Made by a program: the position numbers and the translations under genes | In this document: positions 54,312 to 63,178 of the stretch, piece by piece | Position numbering within the stretch: position 1 is the stretch's first letter | How the letters are laid out: every line of letters starts with the position of its first letter | Origin: Prosthecobacter debontii | GTDB lineage: Bacteria; Verrucomicrobiota; Verrucomicrobiia; Verrucomicrobiales; Akkermansiaceae | Reading direction: 5' to 3' | Assembly (NCBI GenBank): GCA_945873125.1 | Contig: CAMCBV010000007.1 | Coordinates: 5,342 to 69,341 of the forward strand | DNA: 64,000 nt | The notes under the pieces: model-generated | What the model was told of the DNA's origin: nothing | Seen by the model: only the letters and a program-made list of their open reading frames with translations | The model's database searches: none

Positions 54312-55816
54312 CATCCACAGGAATCTGCTATCTAGTCGGCGCCGGCCCAGGCGACCTCGGTCTTGTAACTTTACGCGCAAAGGAGTGCATCGAAATCGCC
54401 GATGTTCTCGTTTATGATGCGCTGAGCAGTCCTGATTTATTGAGATGGACCAAGCCAGGTTGCGAAAAAATCTACGTTGGCAAACGGGCAAAAGACCATG
54501 CGGTGCCGCAGGATCAGATCAATCAGATCATCGTTGATTTCACCAAAGCGGGTAAAATCGTCACTCGTTTGAAGGGAGGAGACCCGATGATTTTCGCACG
54601 CGGTGGAGAAGAAGCGGCGGAATTGGCGGATGCAGGTGTGGCGTTTGAAATCGTTCCCGGAATCAGCTCGTCCATTGCCGGTCCAGCTTATGCGGGTATT
54701 CCTGTGACGCATCGCGATCACAATACCCAGCTCACGATTTTCACGGGACACGAAGATCCCACCAAAGGCTATACATCGATTGATTACGCCCAGCTTGCCA
54801 AAGCTCCCGGCACGAAAGTTTTCCTAATGGGTGTCGCTCGTTTGAGAGAAATCACCAGCTCTTTTATCGGTCATGGAGCCGCGGCGGATACTCCGATCGC
54901 ACTTGTGCGTTGGGCTACCACAGGTTCGCAATGGACGATTGAAGGAACATTGGAGACCATCGCGGACATCGCCGAGAAAGCTGGATTTTCATCGCCTGCG
55001 GTGGCGGTGATCGGAAACGTTGTTAAGGAGCGCGCAAAGATCAATTGGTTTGAAAAGCGCCCGTTGTTCGGAAAGAAAATCGTCGTGACCCGTACGCGGG
55101 AACAAGCCGGAGACCTTAGTAAGCGCCTTCAAAATCTCGGCGCGGATGTGATCGAGCTACCTACGATCCGGATTGAACTTCCCGAAGACCGTGAAGGTTT
55201 TGCTGAAGGAGTCACTCATGCGCATGAATATGATTGGTTGATTTTTACCAGTCCGAACGGGGTTGAGAAATTCTTCGACGCGTTCTTCGCCACCTATGAC
55301 GATGCGCGGAGTCTGGGAAATCCGAAGATTGCCGCCATCGGACCGGGAACCGCTTCGAAAATCCGCGAATACCGGATCGGGGTTGATTTGTTGCCGAAGA
55401 AATTCGTCGCAGAAGGTTTGTTGGAGGCGTTCAAGGAAATCAACATTGAGAACCAAACCGTGCTGTGGATCAAAGCCGCAGAATCCCGCGATGTGATTTA
55501 TGACGGACTCATGAAACTCGGCGCGATAGTCGATGAATGCATCGCGTATCGCACCGTGCCGGAGTCCGATGATTACACAGGAGCCCAAGCCAAATTCATT
55601 GAAGAAGGCGCTGATATGGTGACGTTCACTTCGTCATCCACAGCTGAACATTTCTTTGCACTCGGCTTGCCTTGGCCGGAAAAATGCGTTGCGGCAAGCA
55701 TAGGCCCCGTAACTTCGGAAACACTTAAATCGTTAGATCATAAACCGGCCGTCGAAGCTGCACAGCACGACATCCCAGGACTGGTCAAAGCGATTGAGAA
55801 TTATTTCAAGAGGTAA
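54308..55816 (+). CDS. cobA: Uroporphyrinogen-III C-methyltransferase / uroporphyrinogen-III synthase fusion
   Basis: LVGAGPGDLGL, YVGKR, RLKGGDP, VPGISS, followed by a HemD domain VVTRTREQ, FTSPNGV, FTSSST. Confidence 0.94.
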   Translation: MTSTGICYLVGAGPGDLGLVTLRAKECIEIADVLVYDALSSPDLLRWTKPGCEKIYVGKRAKDHAVPQDQINQIIVDFTKAGKIVTRLKGGDPMIFARGGEEAAELADAGVAFEIVPGISSSIAGPAYAGIPVTHRDHNTQLTIFTGHEDPTKGYTSIDYAQLAKAPGTKVFLMGVARLREITSSFIGHGAAADTPIALVRWATTGSQWTIEGTLETIADIAEKAGFSSPAVAVIGNVVKERAKINWFEKRPLFGKKIVVTRTREQAGDLSKRLQNLGADVIELPTIRIELPEDREGFAEGVTHAHEYDWLIFTSPNGVEKFFDAFFATYDDARSLGNPKIAAIGPGTASKIREYRIGVDLLPKKFVAEGLLEAFKEINIENQTVLWIKAAESRDVIYDGLMKLGAIVDECIAYRTVPESDDYTGAQAKFIEEGADMVTFTSSSTAEHFFALGLPWPEKCVAASIGPVTSETLKSLDHKPAVEAAQHDIPGLVKAIENYFKR

Positions 55817-55957
55817 AAGACTTGGGGTTGATGCACCGTCGTCGACCTTGATAGAAATCCCAAGCGCGCGATTTTTTTTTAAACTTGTCGTCTGTGGTCT
55901 CCGAATGGATTGCCTTTTATTCGTAATCACGGTTGGCGACAGCGCTCGGCCCCGTAT

Positions 55958-56377
55958 TTAAATATCATTTCTGATCTCACGCAGTGGATTCAGAACAAAA
56001 GGTCGCTCGTAGATGCGCGGGTGGGGTAACTGCAGCTCGGGATGATCGAGTGTGATATCACCAAAAAGTAGGATATCGATATCGATCAGCCGTGGGGCAT
56101 TGCGTAGGGGATGGGGCTCGCGACCGAGTTTTTTTTCAATCGCTTGGGTTTGCTCGAGAAGTTTTAACGGATCGATCCCTGAATAATGAAAATCGACTGC
56201 GGTGTTGAGAAAACGTGGGGAATCGGGTGGGCAGTCCTGGGGTTCCGTATCGTAGAGTGAGGCAATCAGAAAGGGTTCACCGACACTGGCGATTTGGCGT
56301 AGCTCGGCGATAGCGGCAGAGATGTTTGCTTCTCGGTTACCGAGGTTAGAGCCGAGGGCGGTTGCGACGCGTGGCAT
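55958..56377 (-). CDS. folK: 2-amino-4-hydroxy-6-hydroxymethyldihydropteridine pyrophosphokinase
   Basis: ALGSNLG, FLNTAV, IEKKLGR, PRLIDIDILL, PHPRIYERPFVL. Confidence 0.95.
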   Translation of the reverse strand: MPRVATALGSNLGNREANISAAIAELRQIASVGEPFLIASLYDTEPQDCPPDSPRFLNTAVDFHYSGIDPLKLLEQTQAIEKKLGREPHPLRNAPRLIDIDILLFGDITLDHPELQLPHPRIYERPFVLNPLREIRNDI

Positions 56378-56396
56378 GTTTCAAAGACGATGGATT

Positions 56397-57863
56397 TTAC
56401 TCTTCGAGGTTATGGAGTTTGGAGATGCCGTAACTTGCTTGAACTCGGCGATTTGCTGCCTCGACTTCGGCACTGGGGATGACGAGAGGGCGGTTCGCTC
56501 CATAAAGTTCGATGGTATGGAATTCCGGAGGATTTTCCTTATTCAGAAGTTCTTGAGCTTGGCTGAGGCTCGTGACAGATATACCGTTGATTTTTTCCAC
56601 GGCAAGACCGGTAAAATCATCCATTTGTGAAGTCACGGAATCGGGTTGGATCTGGGTGAGGATGATGATGTCCTTTTTCTCCGTGAATATTCCTTTTGAA
56701 ACATAATCGGTATACAGCCTGCGCACGGTTACATCTGTAAATTTCGAGGCGGCGAAAAGGTTGGTATCCAGCGGTTGAAATACCAGTCCAGCAAAGACGA
56801 CGTATCGGGGTTTAGCCTCGTAGCGGATGGAATACATCCGGGCGGCCGGAAGAGGTTTGATTTTAATATCAAAATCCAGTGAAACACCTTCTCGAATCAC
56901 TCGGGCAGCGACTTGATCGCCGCTGAATTTACGCTCGACAATTTCGGCGAGATCGACCTTTTCCCCATCGATCATGACTTGTCCCGCGGAGTCGATCGTT
57001 TGTCCGTCGAGTGAGATGAGCACGTCGCCGGATTTCAAAATGCCATCTGCGGAGCTGGTTGGCGTGACACGGGTGATGAGGATACCCTTGTCATCATTGG
57101 GTAAGCCCAGAGCCTTGCGCATCGCAGGATTGTAAAGTGGGAAATCGCTGATTCCGAGTTCGGCGTATTGATCGTAACTTCCATCGGTGATATCCTTCAT
57201 GAAACGGTTTATGACCGGAGTTGGAATGATGTAGCCGGTGTTATCCGCTTGGCGGAGACCTTGAAAAGCAACACCAACGACTTTTCCGTTTTGGACCACA
57301 GGGCCGCCGGAGTTGCCGGGGTTGATGGCGGCATCGATTTGGACGATAAGATGAGAATCGGCACGACTGTGCGAGTAAGGTTGGAAGTCGATGCGTGAGA
57401 CGATGCCTTTGGTGACGGACAGACGGGATCCACCGACAGGATAGCCAATCACGGTGACTTCGGATTCGAGCTGAGGAGTATCACCGAAAGAAAATATTGG
57501 AAAGTCCTTGAAGTCTGAGAAGTCCTCAAGTGAGAGCAAAGCGAGGTCACAATCATGAGCGATGAAATCGACTTTTGCAGGATATTTTTTCGAGCTGCCG
57601 TGGACGGTGACAAGGATGCGATTTTGATTCGATGCAACGTGTGCGTTGGTGAGAATCTGATTTTTACCAACAATGAATCCGGTTCCAATGCCGCCACCAA
57701 ATTGACCGGAGTTCCAGGGAGTTTGGTAATCGGGATTGATCGTATCCACAGCGATCCGAACAACGGATCGATAGATGGCCGAGTTATTCGCAGGCTGGTT
57801 TTGTGCTTCAAGAAGCTGGAGACTGATTGCCGTGAGAACGAGAACGGGAATAAGACGAATCAT
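56397..57863 (-). CDS. DegP/HtrA-type serine protease with PDZ domains (plant Deg2-like)
   Basis: Signal peptide. Catalytic triad in LTNAH, CDLALL and AINPGNSGGP. VIGYPVGG and C-terminal PDZ segments. Confidence 0.92.
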   Translation of the reverse strand: MIRLIPVLVLTAISLQLLEAQNQPANNSAIYRSVVRIAVDTINPDYQTPWNSGQFGGGIGTGFIVGKNQILTNAHVASNQNRILVTVHGSSKKYPAKVDFIAHDCDLALLSLEDFSDFKDFPIFSFGDTPQLESEVTVIGYPVGGSRLSVTKGIVSRIDFQPYSHSRADSHLIVQIDAAINPGNSGGPVVQNGKVVGVAFQGLRQADNTGYIIPTPVINRFMKDITDGSYDQYAELGISDFPLYNPAMRKALGLPNDDKGILITRVTPTSSADGILKSGDVLISLDGQTIDSAGQVMIDGEKVDLAEIVERKFSGDQVAARVIREGVSLDFDIKIKPLPAARMYSIRYEAKPRYVVFAGLVFQPLDTNLFAASKFTDVTVRRLYTDYVSKGIFTEKKDIIILTQIQPDSVTSQMDDFTGLAVEKINGISVTSLSQAQELLNKENPPEFHTIELYGANRPLVIPSAEVEAANRRVQASYGISKLHNLEE

Positions 57864-57879
57864 GTTGGGGAGTAAGCTA

Positions 57880-57914
57880 AAGAGTGAAAAGTGAAGAGGG
57901 AAGAGTGAAAAATG
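57880..57914. repeat. Heptamer tandem array upstream of the protease gene
   Basis: aagagtg aaaagtg aagaggg aagagtg aaaaatg. Confidence 0.72.
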
Positions 57915-57915
57915 A

Positions 57916-58015
57916 GTAAGGTGCCATCACCGAGGACACCACATGAAATGTTGAAGAATGGCATATTTCAATGGATAATCGGTTCGCGCGGCTACCTCGG
58001 CGATGGAGCCCTACC
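57916..58015. repeat. GTAG-type REP doublet (REPIN-like) supplying the ArsR stop codon
   Basis: The plus-strand unit GTAAGGTGCCATCACCGAGGACACC and the minus-strand unit GTAGGGCTCCATCGCCGAGGTAGCC are in inverted orientation. Confidence 0.72.
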
Positions 58016-58918
58016 TATACCCAACAGGGTTTGAAACTTCGGTGGCGCCTCTTCCTTATCTGCAATGAGGGTTTCGATTTCCGTGAAGCCGGATTTTTTG
58101 AGCATGGACGCGAGTTGACTTTCGGAGAAGCCCAGCCAGCGATCTGCGTATAGTTCACGGGCCTCGGTGAAGGTATGTTGAAGGAGATCGAGGATGATGA
58201 TGCGCCCGCCGGGTTTTAAAATACGGTGCGCTGCATCGATGGCACGCTGGGGGTTTTCTGCGTGATGCAGAGCCTGGCTGAGTATGGCGAGATCAATGCT
58301 GCTATTATCAATAGGAGGGCTCTCGATATCGCCGATACGGAATTCCAAGTTGTGCAGGCCGTTTTTGTGAGCAAGGGATTGCGCATATTCGACCATTTTC
58401 GGTGAGAGATCGACTGCGATGACCTTCTCCGCACGTTGAGCAATCAACTGGGAAAGTGTGCCTTCGCCCGCCCCGAGATCGGCGACGTTGCGGTAGTTGA
58501 GAGATTTGATCAATGCCTCGGCCAATGCTTTCCATGAGCGGCCGGGGACGTAGTCCTTGCCAAAGCGCCCCGCCAGTTCATCGAAATACGCACGGGCGTA
58601 GTCTTTGCGTTTGGAAAGAATATGCTGGAGCGCTAGGTTGTCTGCGCTGGTCTCAGGGATTTCGGCGATGGCATGGGAGACGATCGCTGAGAGCTCGCTC
58701 GGTAGGCAGGCTGAGTAAACATTGTTTTTTCCAGCGCGCTCATCGGTTACCAAACCAGCTGCTTTCAGCTGCGAAAGCTGGGTTGAAATCCGGCTTTGGC
58801 CCATACCGAGAATTTCCTGAAGCTCAGCGACCGAGATCGCATCCTGGTCAAGCAGTGCGAGAATCCGCAACCGAGTGGTATCGGAGATAAGTTTCAGGCA
58901 TTTGATGGTTGACGACAT
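57992..58918 (-). CDS. ArsR/SmtB HTH - SAM-dependent methyltransferase fusion (SahR-like regulator)
   Basis: [10 protein letters not shown]...[23 protein letters not shown], then DLGAGEG, AVDLS, LSQALHH, LKPGGR. Divergent from metK-ahcY. Confidence 0.9.
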   Translation of the reverse strand: MSSTIKCLKLISDTTRLRILALLDQDAISVAELQEILGMGQSRISTQLSQLKAAGLVTDERAGKNNVYSACLPSELSAIVSHAIAEIPETSADNLALQHILSKRKDYARAYFDELAGRFGKDYVPGRSWKALAEALIKSLNYRNVADLGAGEGTLSQLIAQRAEKVIAVDLSPKMVEYAQSLAHKNGLHNLEFRIGDIESPPIDNSSIDLAILSQALHHAENPQRAIDAAHRILKPGGRIIILDLLQHTFTEARELYADRWLGFSESQLASMLKKSGFTEIETLIADKEEAPPKFQTLLGIGRAPSPR

Positions 58919-58932
58919 GGCAAACATGTTAC

Positions 58933-58956
58933 ATCAACGCATCACGATTTGACGAT
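58933..58956. promoter_or_regulatory. Candidate operator for the ArsR-methyltransferase
   Basis: Two overlapping ATC-N10-GAT imperfect palindromes (ATCAACGCATCACGAT and ATCACGATTTGACGAT) in the 56-bp divergent spacer. Confidence 0.35.
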
Positions 58957-58974
58957 ACGAAAATAAAAAAACAA

Positions 58975-60189
58975 ATGAGCACCTATATTTTTTCCTCAGA
59001 ATCAGTTGGCGAAGGTCATCCGGACAAAGTTTCTGACACCATTTCCGATGCTATTCTCGATGCTTGCCTAGCGATTGATCCGACCAGTCGCGTAGCCTGC
59101 GAAACCTTTGTAAAGAGCAATATCGTGGTAGTCGGCGGTGAAATTACCATTCCGAAACTTCAGGACAAGAAGAACGGAACGACCAAGCCGATCGATGAAG
59201 TGATCAACATCGGTAAGGTGATCCGTGATGCCGTTCGTGGAATCGGTTATACGAATACCGACGATGTGTTTCATGCGGACACCCTTTTCATCAACAACTA
59301 CCTCACCATTCAAAGCCCGGACATCGCGCAAGGTGTGGATGCGAAAGCAGCCGAAGGCAAGAAAACCAAAAAGCAAGGCGCAGGCGACCAGGGCATCATG
59401 TTCGGATATGCATGCGACGAAACTCCCGAGCTCATGCCAGCTCCTATCATGTTCGCGCACCGCCTCGGCCGCGAGCTAACAAGAATCCGCAAAGCCGGCA
59501 AGCTCGCTCCATGGCTTCGTCCTGATGCGAAAACTCAGGTTTCTGTCGAGTATGTGAACGGCAAACCGACCCGCATCGTCAACGTGGTGATTTCCACCCA
59601 GCACACCGCTGATGTGGCTCATAAAGACATCGAGAAATTCTGCATCGAGCAAGTGATCAAAAAAGTCCTGCCAAAAAACATGCTCACCTCGAAAACCGAG
59701 TTCCTCATTAACCCGACCGGCAAATTCGTCATCGGCGGTCCTCAGGGCGACAGCGGTCTGACCGGTCGTAAAATCATTGTTGATACCTACGGTGGCATGG
59801 GTCGCCACGGTGGTGGTGCTTTCTCCGGGAAAGACGCATCGAAAGTCGACCGCTCCGCAGCCTACATGGGTCGTTGGGTTGCGAAGAACGTGGTTGCAGC
59901 AGGACTCGCCAGCAAATGCGAAGTTCAGTTCGCCTACGCTATTGGTCATCCAGAGCCTTGCAGCGTGCACATCGATACTTTTGGCACAGGAACCGTTTCC
60001 GATGCGAAAATTCTCGGAGCCGTTCTTAAAGTGTTTTCCTTCAATCCTGCAGACATCGTCAAGCAGCTCAACCTGCTTCGCCCTATCTTTTCGAAAACCA
60101 CCAACTACGGTCACTTTGGAAAAGATGATTCCGATATCACTTGGGAGAAGACGGACAAAGTTTCCGCGCTCAAAAAGGCGATCGGCTGA
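58975..60189 (+). CDS. metK: S-adenosylmethionine synthetase
   Basis: [74 protein letters not shown]. Confidence 0.98.
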   Translation: MSTYIFSSESVGEGHPDKVSDTISDAILDACLAIDPTSRVACETFVKSNIVVVGGEITIPKLQDKKNGTTKPIDEVINIGKVIRDAVRGIGYTNTDDVFHADTLFINNYLTIQSPDIAQGVDAKAAEGKKTKKQGAGDQGIMFGYACDETPELMPAPIMFAHRLGRELTRIRKAGKLAPWLRPDAKTQVSVEYVNGKPTRIVNVVISTQHTADVAHKDIEKFCIEQVIKKVLPKNMLTSKTEFLINPTGKFVIGGPQGDSGLTGRKIIVDTYGGMGRHGGGAFSGKDASKVDRSAAYMGRWVAKNVVAAGLASKCEVQFAYAIGHPEPCSVHIDTFGTGTVSDAKILGAVLKVFSFNPADIVKQLNLLRPIFSKTTNYGHFGKDDSDITWEKTDKVSALKKAIG

Positions 60190-60196
60190 GGCCGAC

Positions 60197-60233
60197 AGAC
60201 AGAAGATTGTTAGACAGAAGACAGAAGATAAGA
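60197..60233 (+). repeat. Left AGACAGA heptamer arm of the four-helix-bundle insert
   Basis: AGACAGA AGATTGTT AGACAGA AGACAGA AGATAAGA ends one base before the ATG. Confidence 0.85.
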
Positions 60234-60234
60234 G

Positions 60235-60612
60235 ATGCATAATTTCGAAGAACTAGAAGTTTGGAAACGTTCATCGCGGTTAGCGGTGGATGTGTACAAA
60301 TTAATAGACGCTATCCGCTTATATAGTCTGAGAGATCAGATGGCTCGCTCTTGCCTTTCGATTCCGTGTAATATTGCTGAAGGTGCGGATCGTGACAGTG
60401 ATCGTGAGTTCCGAAGATTCTTAGCTATATCAAAAGGTTCTGCAGGTGAGCTTAGGACTCAACTACATATAGGCCTCAAAGCTGGAATCTTTTCTGAGGA
60501 AGTCGCAAGGCATTTGATCGATGAAGTGAAAGAAATATCATCAATGATCGAAGGTCTACGTAAGCGGTTACGTCCGAAAATGATCAATTCTTTATTGAGC
60601 CTATTTTTCTAG
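60235..60612 (+). CDS. Four helix bundle protein (23S rRNA intervening-sequence protein family)
   Basis: FEELEVWKRS, LRDQMARSCLSIPCNIAEG, FRRFLAISKGSAGELRTQL. It looks more AT-rich than the flanking metK and ahcY. Confidence 0.95.
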   Translation: MHNFEELEVWKRSSRLAVDVYKLIDAIRLYSLRDQMARSCLSIPCNIAEGADRDSDREFRRFLAISKGSAGELRTQLHIGLKAGIFSEEVARHLIDEVKEISSMIEGLRKRLRPKMINSLLSLFF

Positions 60613-60655
60613 TCTTATGTCTTCTGTCTCCAAGCCTTCTGTCTAAAGCCTTCTA
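60613..60655 (-). repeat. Right (inverted) TCTGTCT heptamer arm of the four-helix-bundle insert
   Basis: TCTTATG TCT TCTGTCT CCAAGCCT TCTGTCT AAAGCCT TCTA begins immediately after the TAG stop. Confidence 0.85.
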
Positions 60656-60704
60656 TTCATCATCCACTCTATAAAAACAAACAACACTTCTATAAAATAA
60701 CATC

Positions 60705-62117
60705 ATGAGCTTCACAGACTATAAAGTAAGAGACATCGGCCTTGCCGATTTTGGACGTAAGGAAATCGATATCGCCGAGCACGAAATGCCGGGCTTGATG
60801 GCGACACGTGAGAAGTATGGCAAAACCAAGCCGCTCCAGGGGGTTCGCATCATGGGTTCGTTGCACATGACCATTCAGACCGCGGTGTTGATCGAAACGC
60901 TTGCAGATCTCGGTGCTGAGGTGCGCTGGGTTTCGTGCAATATTTTCTCTACCCAAGATCACGCGGCCGCAGCGATTGCAGCTCGTGAAATTCCTGTCTT
61001 CGCATGGAAAGGCGAGACCTTGGAAGAATATTGGTGGTGCACCTGGCAGGCGCTCGTTAACAAAGACGGCCTTGGTCCGCAGCTTATCGTCGATGACGGT
61101 GGCGACGCGACCTTGCTCATCCACAAAGGCTACGAAATGGAAAACGGATCCAACTGGATCGACAGCCCGGGTGAGAGCGAAGAGGAGCAAGTCATCAAAG
61201 ACCTCTTGAAAGACATCAAAGTCAAGCAACCCGGAATTTTCCAAACGATCGTTAAAGATTGGAAAGGCGTTTCCGAGGAAACCACCACCGGTGTGCATCG
61301 CCTCTATCAGATGGCCAAGGCTGGTAAGCTTCTTGTCCCAGCGATCAACGTGAACGATTCCGTGACCAAGTCGAAATTCGATAACCTCTACGGCTGCCGC
61401 GAGTCGCTGTTAGATGGTATCAAGCGCGCGACCGATGTGATGATCTCTGGCAAAGTAGGCGTGGTCTGCGGTTACGGCGATGTCGGCAAAGGTTGTGCGC
61501 AAGCGCTCCGTGGCGCCGGCGCGCAAGTGGTTGTGACCGAGGTCGATCCGATCTGCGCGCTGCAAGCCGCGATGGAAGGTTTCCGTGTTCTCACGATTGA
61601 AGACACGCTTGGCTGGGGAGATATCTATGTCACGACTACCGGTAACAAAGACATCATCACCCTCGATCATATGTCGAAAATGAAAGATCAGGCGATCGTT
61701 TGTAACATCGGTCACTTTGACAACGAGATCCAGATGGACAAGTTGAACAAGGCACCGGGTGTGACTCGTCTGAACATCAAGCCTCAAGTGGACAAATACA
61801 CTTTCGCCACAGGCAACAGCATTTACATGCTTGCTGAAGGTCGCTTGGTGAACCTCGGTTGCGGAACCGGCCATCCATCTTTCGTGATGTCCAATAGCTT
61901 CACCAACCAGACGCTCGCTCAAATCGATCTCTGGGAAAACCGCGAGACCTACAAAGCCGGTCAAGTGACCGTCCTTCCGAAACACCTCGACGAAGAGGTT
62001 GCCCGTCTTCACCTCGCAAAAATCGGAGCGAAGCTCACCAAGATTACTAAAGACCAAGCGGATTACATCGGTATATCATCGGAAGGCCCCTTCAAGGCGG
62101 ATCACTACCGTTATTAA
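60705..62117 (+). CDS. ahcY: Adenosylhomocysteinase
   Basis: [83 protein letters not shown]. Confidence 0.98.
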   Translation: MSFTDYKVRDIGLADFGRKEIDIAEHEMPGLMATREKYGKTKPLQGVRIMGSLHMTIQTAVLIETLADLGAEVRWVSCNIFSTQDHAAAAIAAREIPVFAWKGETLEEYWWCTWQALVNKDGLGPQLIVDDGGDATLLIHKGYEMENGSNWIDSPGESEEEQVIKDLLKDIKVKQPGIFQTIVKDWKGVSEETTTGVHRLYQMAKAGKLLVPAINVNDSVTKSKFDNLYGCRESLLDGIKRATDVMISGKVGVVCGYGDVGKGCAQALRGAGAQVVVTEVDPICALQAAMEGFRVLTIEDTLGWGDIYVTTTGNKDIITLDHMSKMKDQAIVCNIGHFDNEIQMDKLNKAPGVTRLNIKPQVDKYTFATGNSIYMLAEGRLVNLGCGTGHPSFVMSNSFTNQTLAQIDLWENRETYKAGQVTVLPKHLDEEVARLHLAKIGAKLTKITKDQADYIGISSEGPFKADHYRY

Positions 62118-62138
62118 TTTTCCTCGTTAGGAAATTTC

Positions 62139-62173
62139 AAAAGCCAGTCGGGTTTAGATCCGGCTGGCTTTTT
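62139..62173. terminator. Bidirectional terminator after ahcY, also facing the cassette array
   Basis: AAAAGCCAGTCGG-GTTTAGAT-CCGGCTGGCTTTT. Confidence 0.88.
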
Positions 62174-62263
62174 CTGTTACGTTAGAGGAATGGCAACGCC
62201 GGTGGAAAGTCTCAAATTCAATCAGACGCGCTCATCGGCGTTGCCATCTCCAACTTGTTCTGC
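62174..62263 (-). mobile_element. attC site (distal cassette)
   Basis: Minus strand GCAGAAC AAGTT GGA(G)ATGGCAACGCCG...CGGCGTTGCCATTCC TCTAAC GTAACAG. The L boxes pair perfectly with one extra G. R' is non-canonical (GTA). Confidence 0.88.
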
Positions 62264-62635
62264 TTCTTGGTTATCAGATGACCTCTTGAATCGGCTCCAA
62301 GCAAGTAAAGCGACTGATGGAACTATGAGAAAGAGAATCAGATTCATTGGGTAAGCGAGAAAGCTAGTGGGGCCGACAAAATCCAACCAAGGGGATTCTG
62401 CATCGTCACGCTGGAAAACGACACTCGGGATCGGCCAACCGTAAAACCTCGTATTCGAGTTGGAATAATAATTGTAGTTGAATGTCGTGAAGATGCAGGC
62501 ACCGGCTGCCACTACAAACCATGACCAATAGCTAAGTCGAAGAACCTTCGATGTAGAATTACTTGTTGCCTTTATCATCGCTGCGATCACAGCAACAAGG
62601 GCCACGAGAAAAGCCGCTATAATGAAAAGTGCCAT
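62222..62635 (-). CDS. Integron cassette ORF, hypothetical membrane protein
   Basis: Three hydrophobic segments. The C-terminus EAEQVGDGNADERV is encoded by the attC arm. The core site GTTCTGC lies 43 bp upstream. Confidence 0.8.
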   Translation of the reverse strand: MALFIIAAFLVALVAVIAAMIKATSNSTSKVLRLSYWSWFVVAAGACIFTTFNYNYYSNSNTRFYGWPIPSVVFQRDDAESPWLDFVGPTSFLAYPMNLILFLIVPSVALLAWSRFKRSSDNQEAEQVGDGNADERV

Positions 62636-62677
62636 AACTTCAGATGGAATTCGATGGTTGGCCTACAATATTTTTTA

Positions 62678-62767
62678 GCAGAACGATATAGGCCATCCAC
62701 GGCGGGGAAGGAAGCCCGAATTCAATTAGAGAGTTTGTCGACGGTTGCATCCCATGGCTTGTTGGGC
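62678..62767 (-). mobile_element. attC site (middle cassette), imperfect stem
   Basis: Minus strand GCCCAAC AAGCC...TCTAATTGAATT...TATATC GTTCTGC. It has the same 90-bp length as the distal attC and shares its central TCT(G/A)ATTGAATT. The L-box pairing has mismatches. Confidence 0.75.
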
Positions 62768-62805
62768 ATCTTGCTTCTTCGGGATGCATGGGCATATACG
62801 AGAAA

Positions 62806-63039
62806 TCATTCCCGAGATTTGGGGTGATAGATCCAGCGCCACCAAATGAGACAGATGATCAAAAGATAGACGGCATAGGAAATCCACATTGCGGTAGAGC
62901 CATCAAATCTTCGGGCATGCTCACGCCAATCTGGGTCCGACCACATTCCTTCAAGTATTGCGAACGGCAATGCAGCGAGTATCACACACAACCAAGTCTT
63001 ACCGAGAATGGTGTTAGCTGGACGGAGTGGGTCTGACAT
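62806..63039 (-). CDS. Integron cassette ORF, small hypothetical membrane protein (77 aa)
   Basis: MSDPLRPANTILGKTWLCVILAALPF...WWRWIYHPKSRE, with two TM segments. The GTG start in the ORF track lies inside the upstream attC. Confidence 0.7.
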   Translation of the reverse strand: MSDPLRPANTILGKTWLCVILAALPFAILEGMWSDPDWREHARRFDGSTAMWISYAVYLLIICLIWWRWIYHPKSRE

Positions 63040-63065
63040 CGCGGTGTAAGTATCTGAAAATTCTT

Positions 63066-63178
63066 GCCCAACGTACGCGATCACCGGCACCTACCCGTGG
63101 CGCGATCCATGCCGGGAGCGGAGCGACCAAGCATGGAGCGTGACGCGGGTAGGTGTTCGGTGGATCGCATTGTTCGGA
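63066..63178 (-). mobile_element. attC site (proximal cassette)
   Basis: Minus strand TCCGAAC AAT GCGATC(C)ACCG..CACCTACCCG..TCCATGC...GCATGGA..CGGGTAGGTG.CGGTGATCGC GTAC GTTGGGC. It starts immediately after the TAA of the cassette gene. Confidence 0.92.

Noticed and set aside
58919-58974. SAM riboswitch upstream of metK, or SAH riboswitch before ahcY (60656-60704)
   Set aside because: The spacers are only about 50 bp, are A-rich, and lack SAM-I/II or SAH consensus elements.
60235-60612. Avd gene of a diversity-generating retroelement, or an rRNA intervening sequence
   Set aside because: No reverse transcriptase, TR/VR pair or rRNA gene is in the window. The gene sits between two protein-coding genes.
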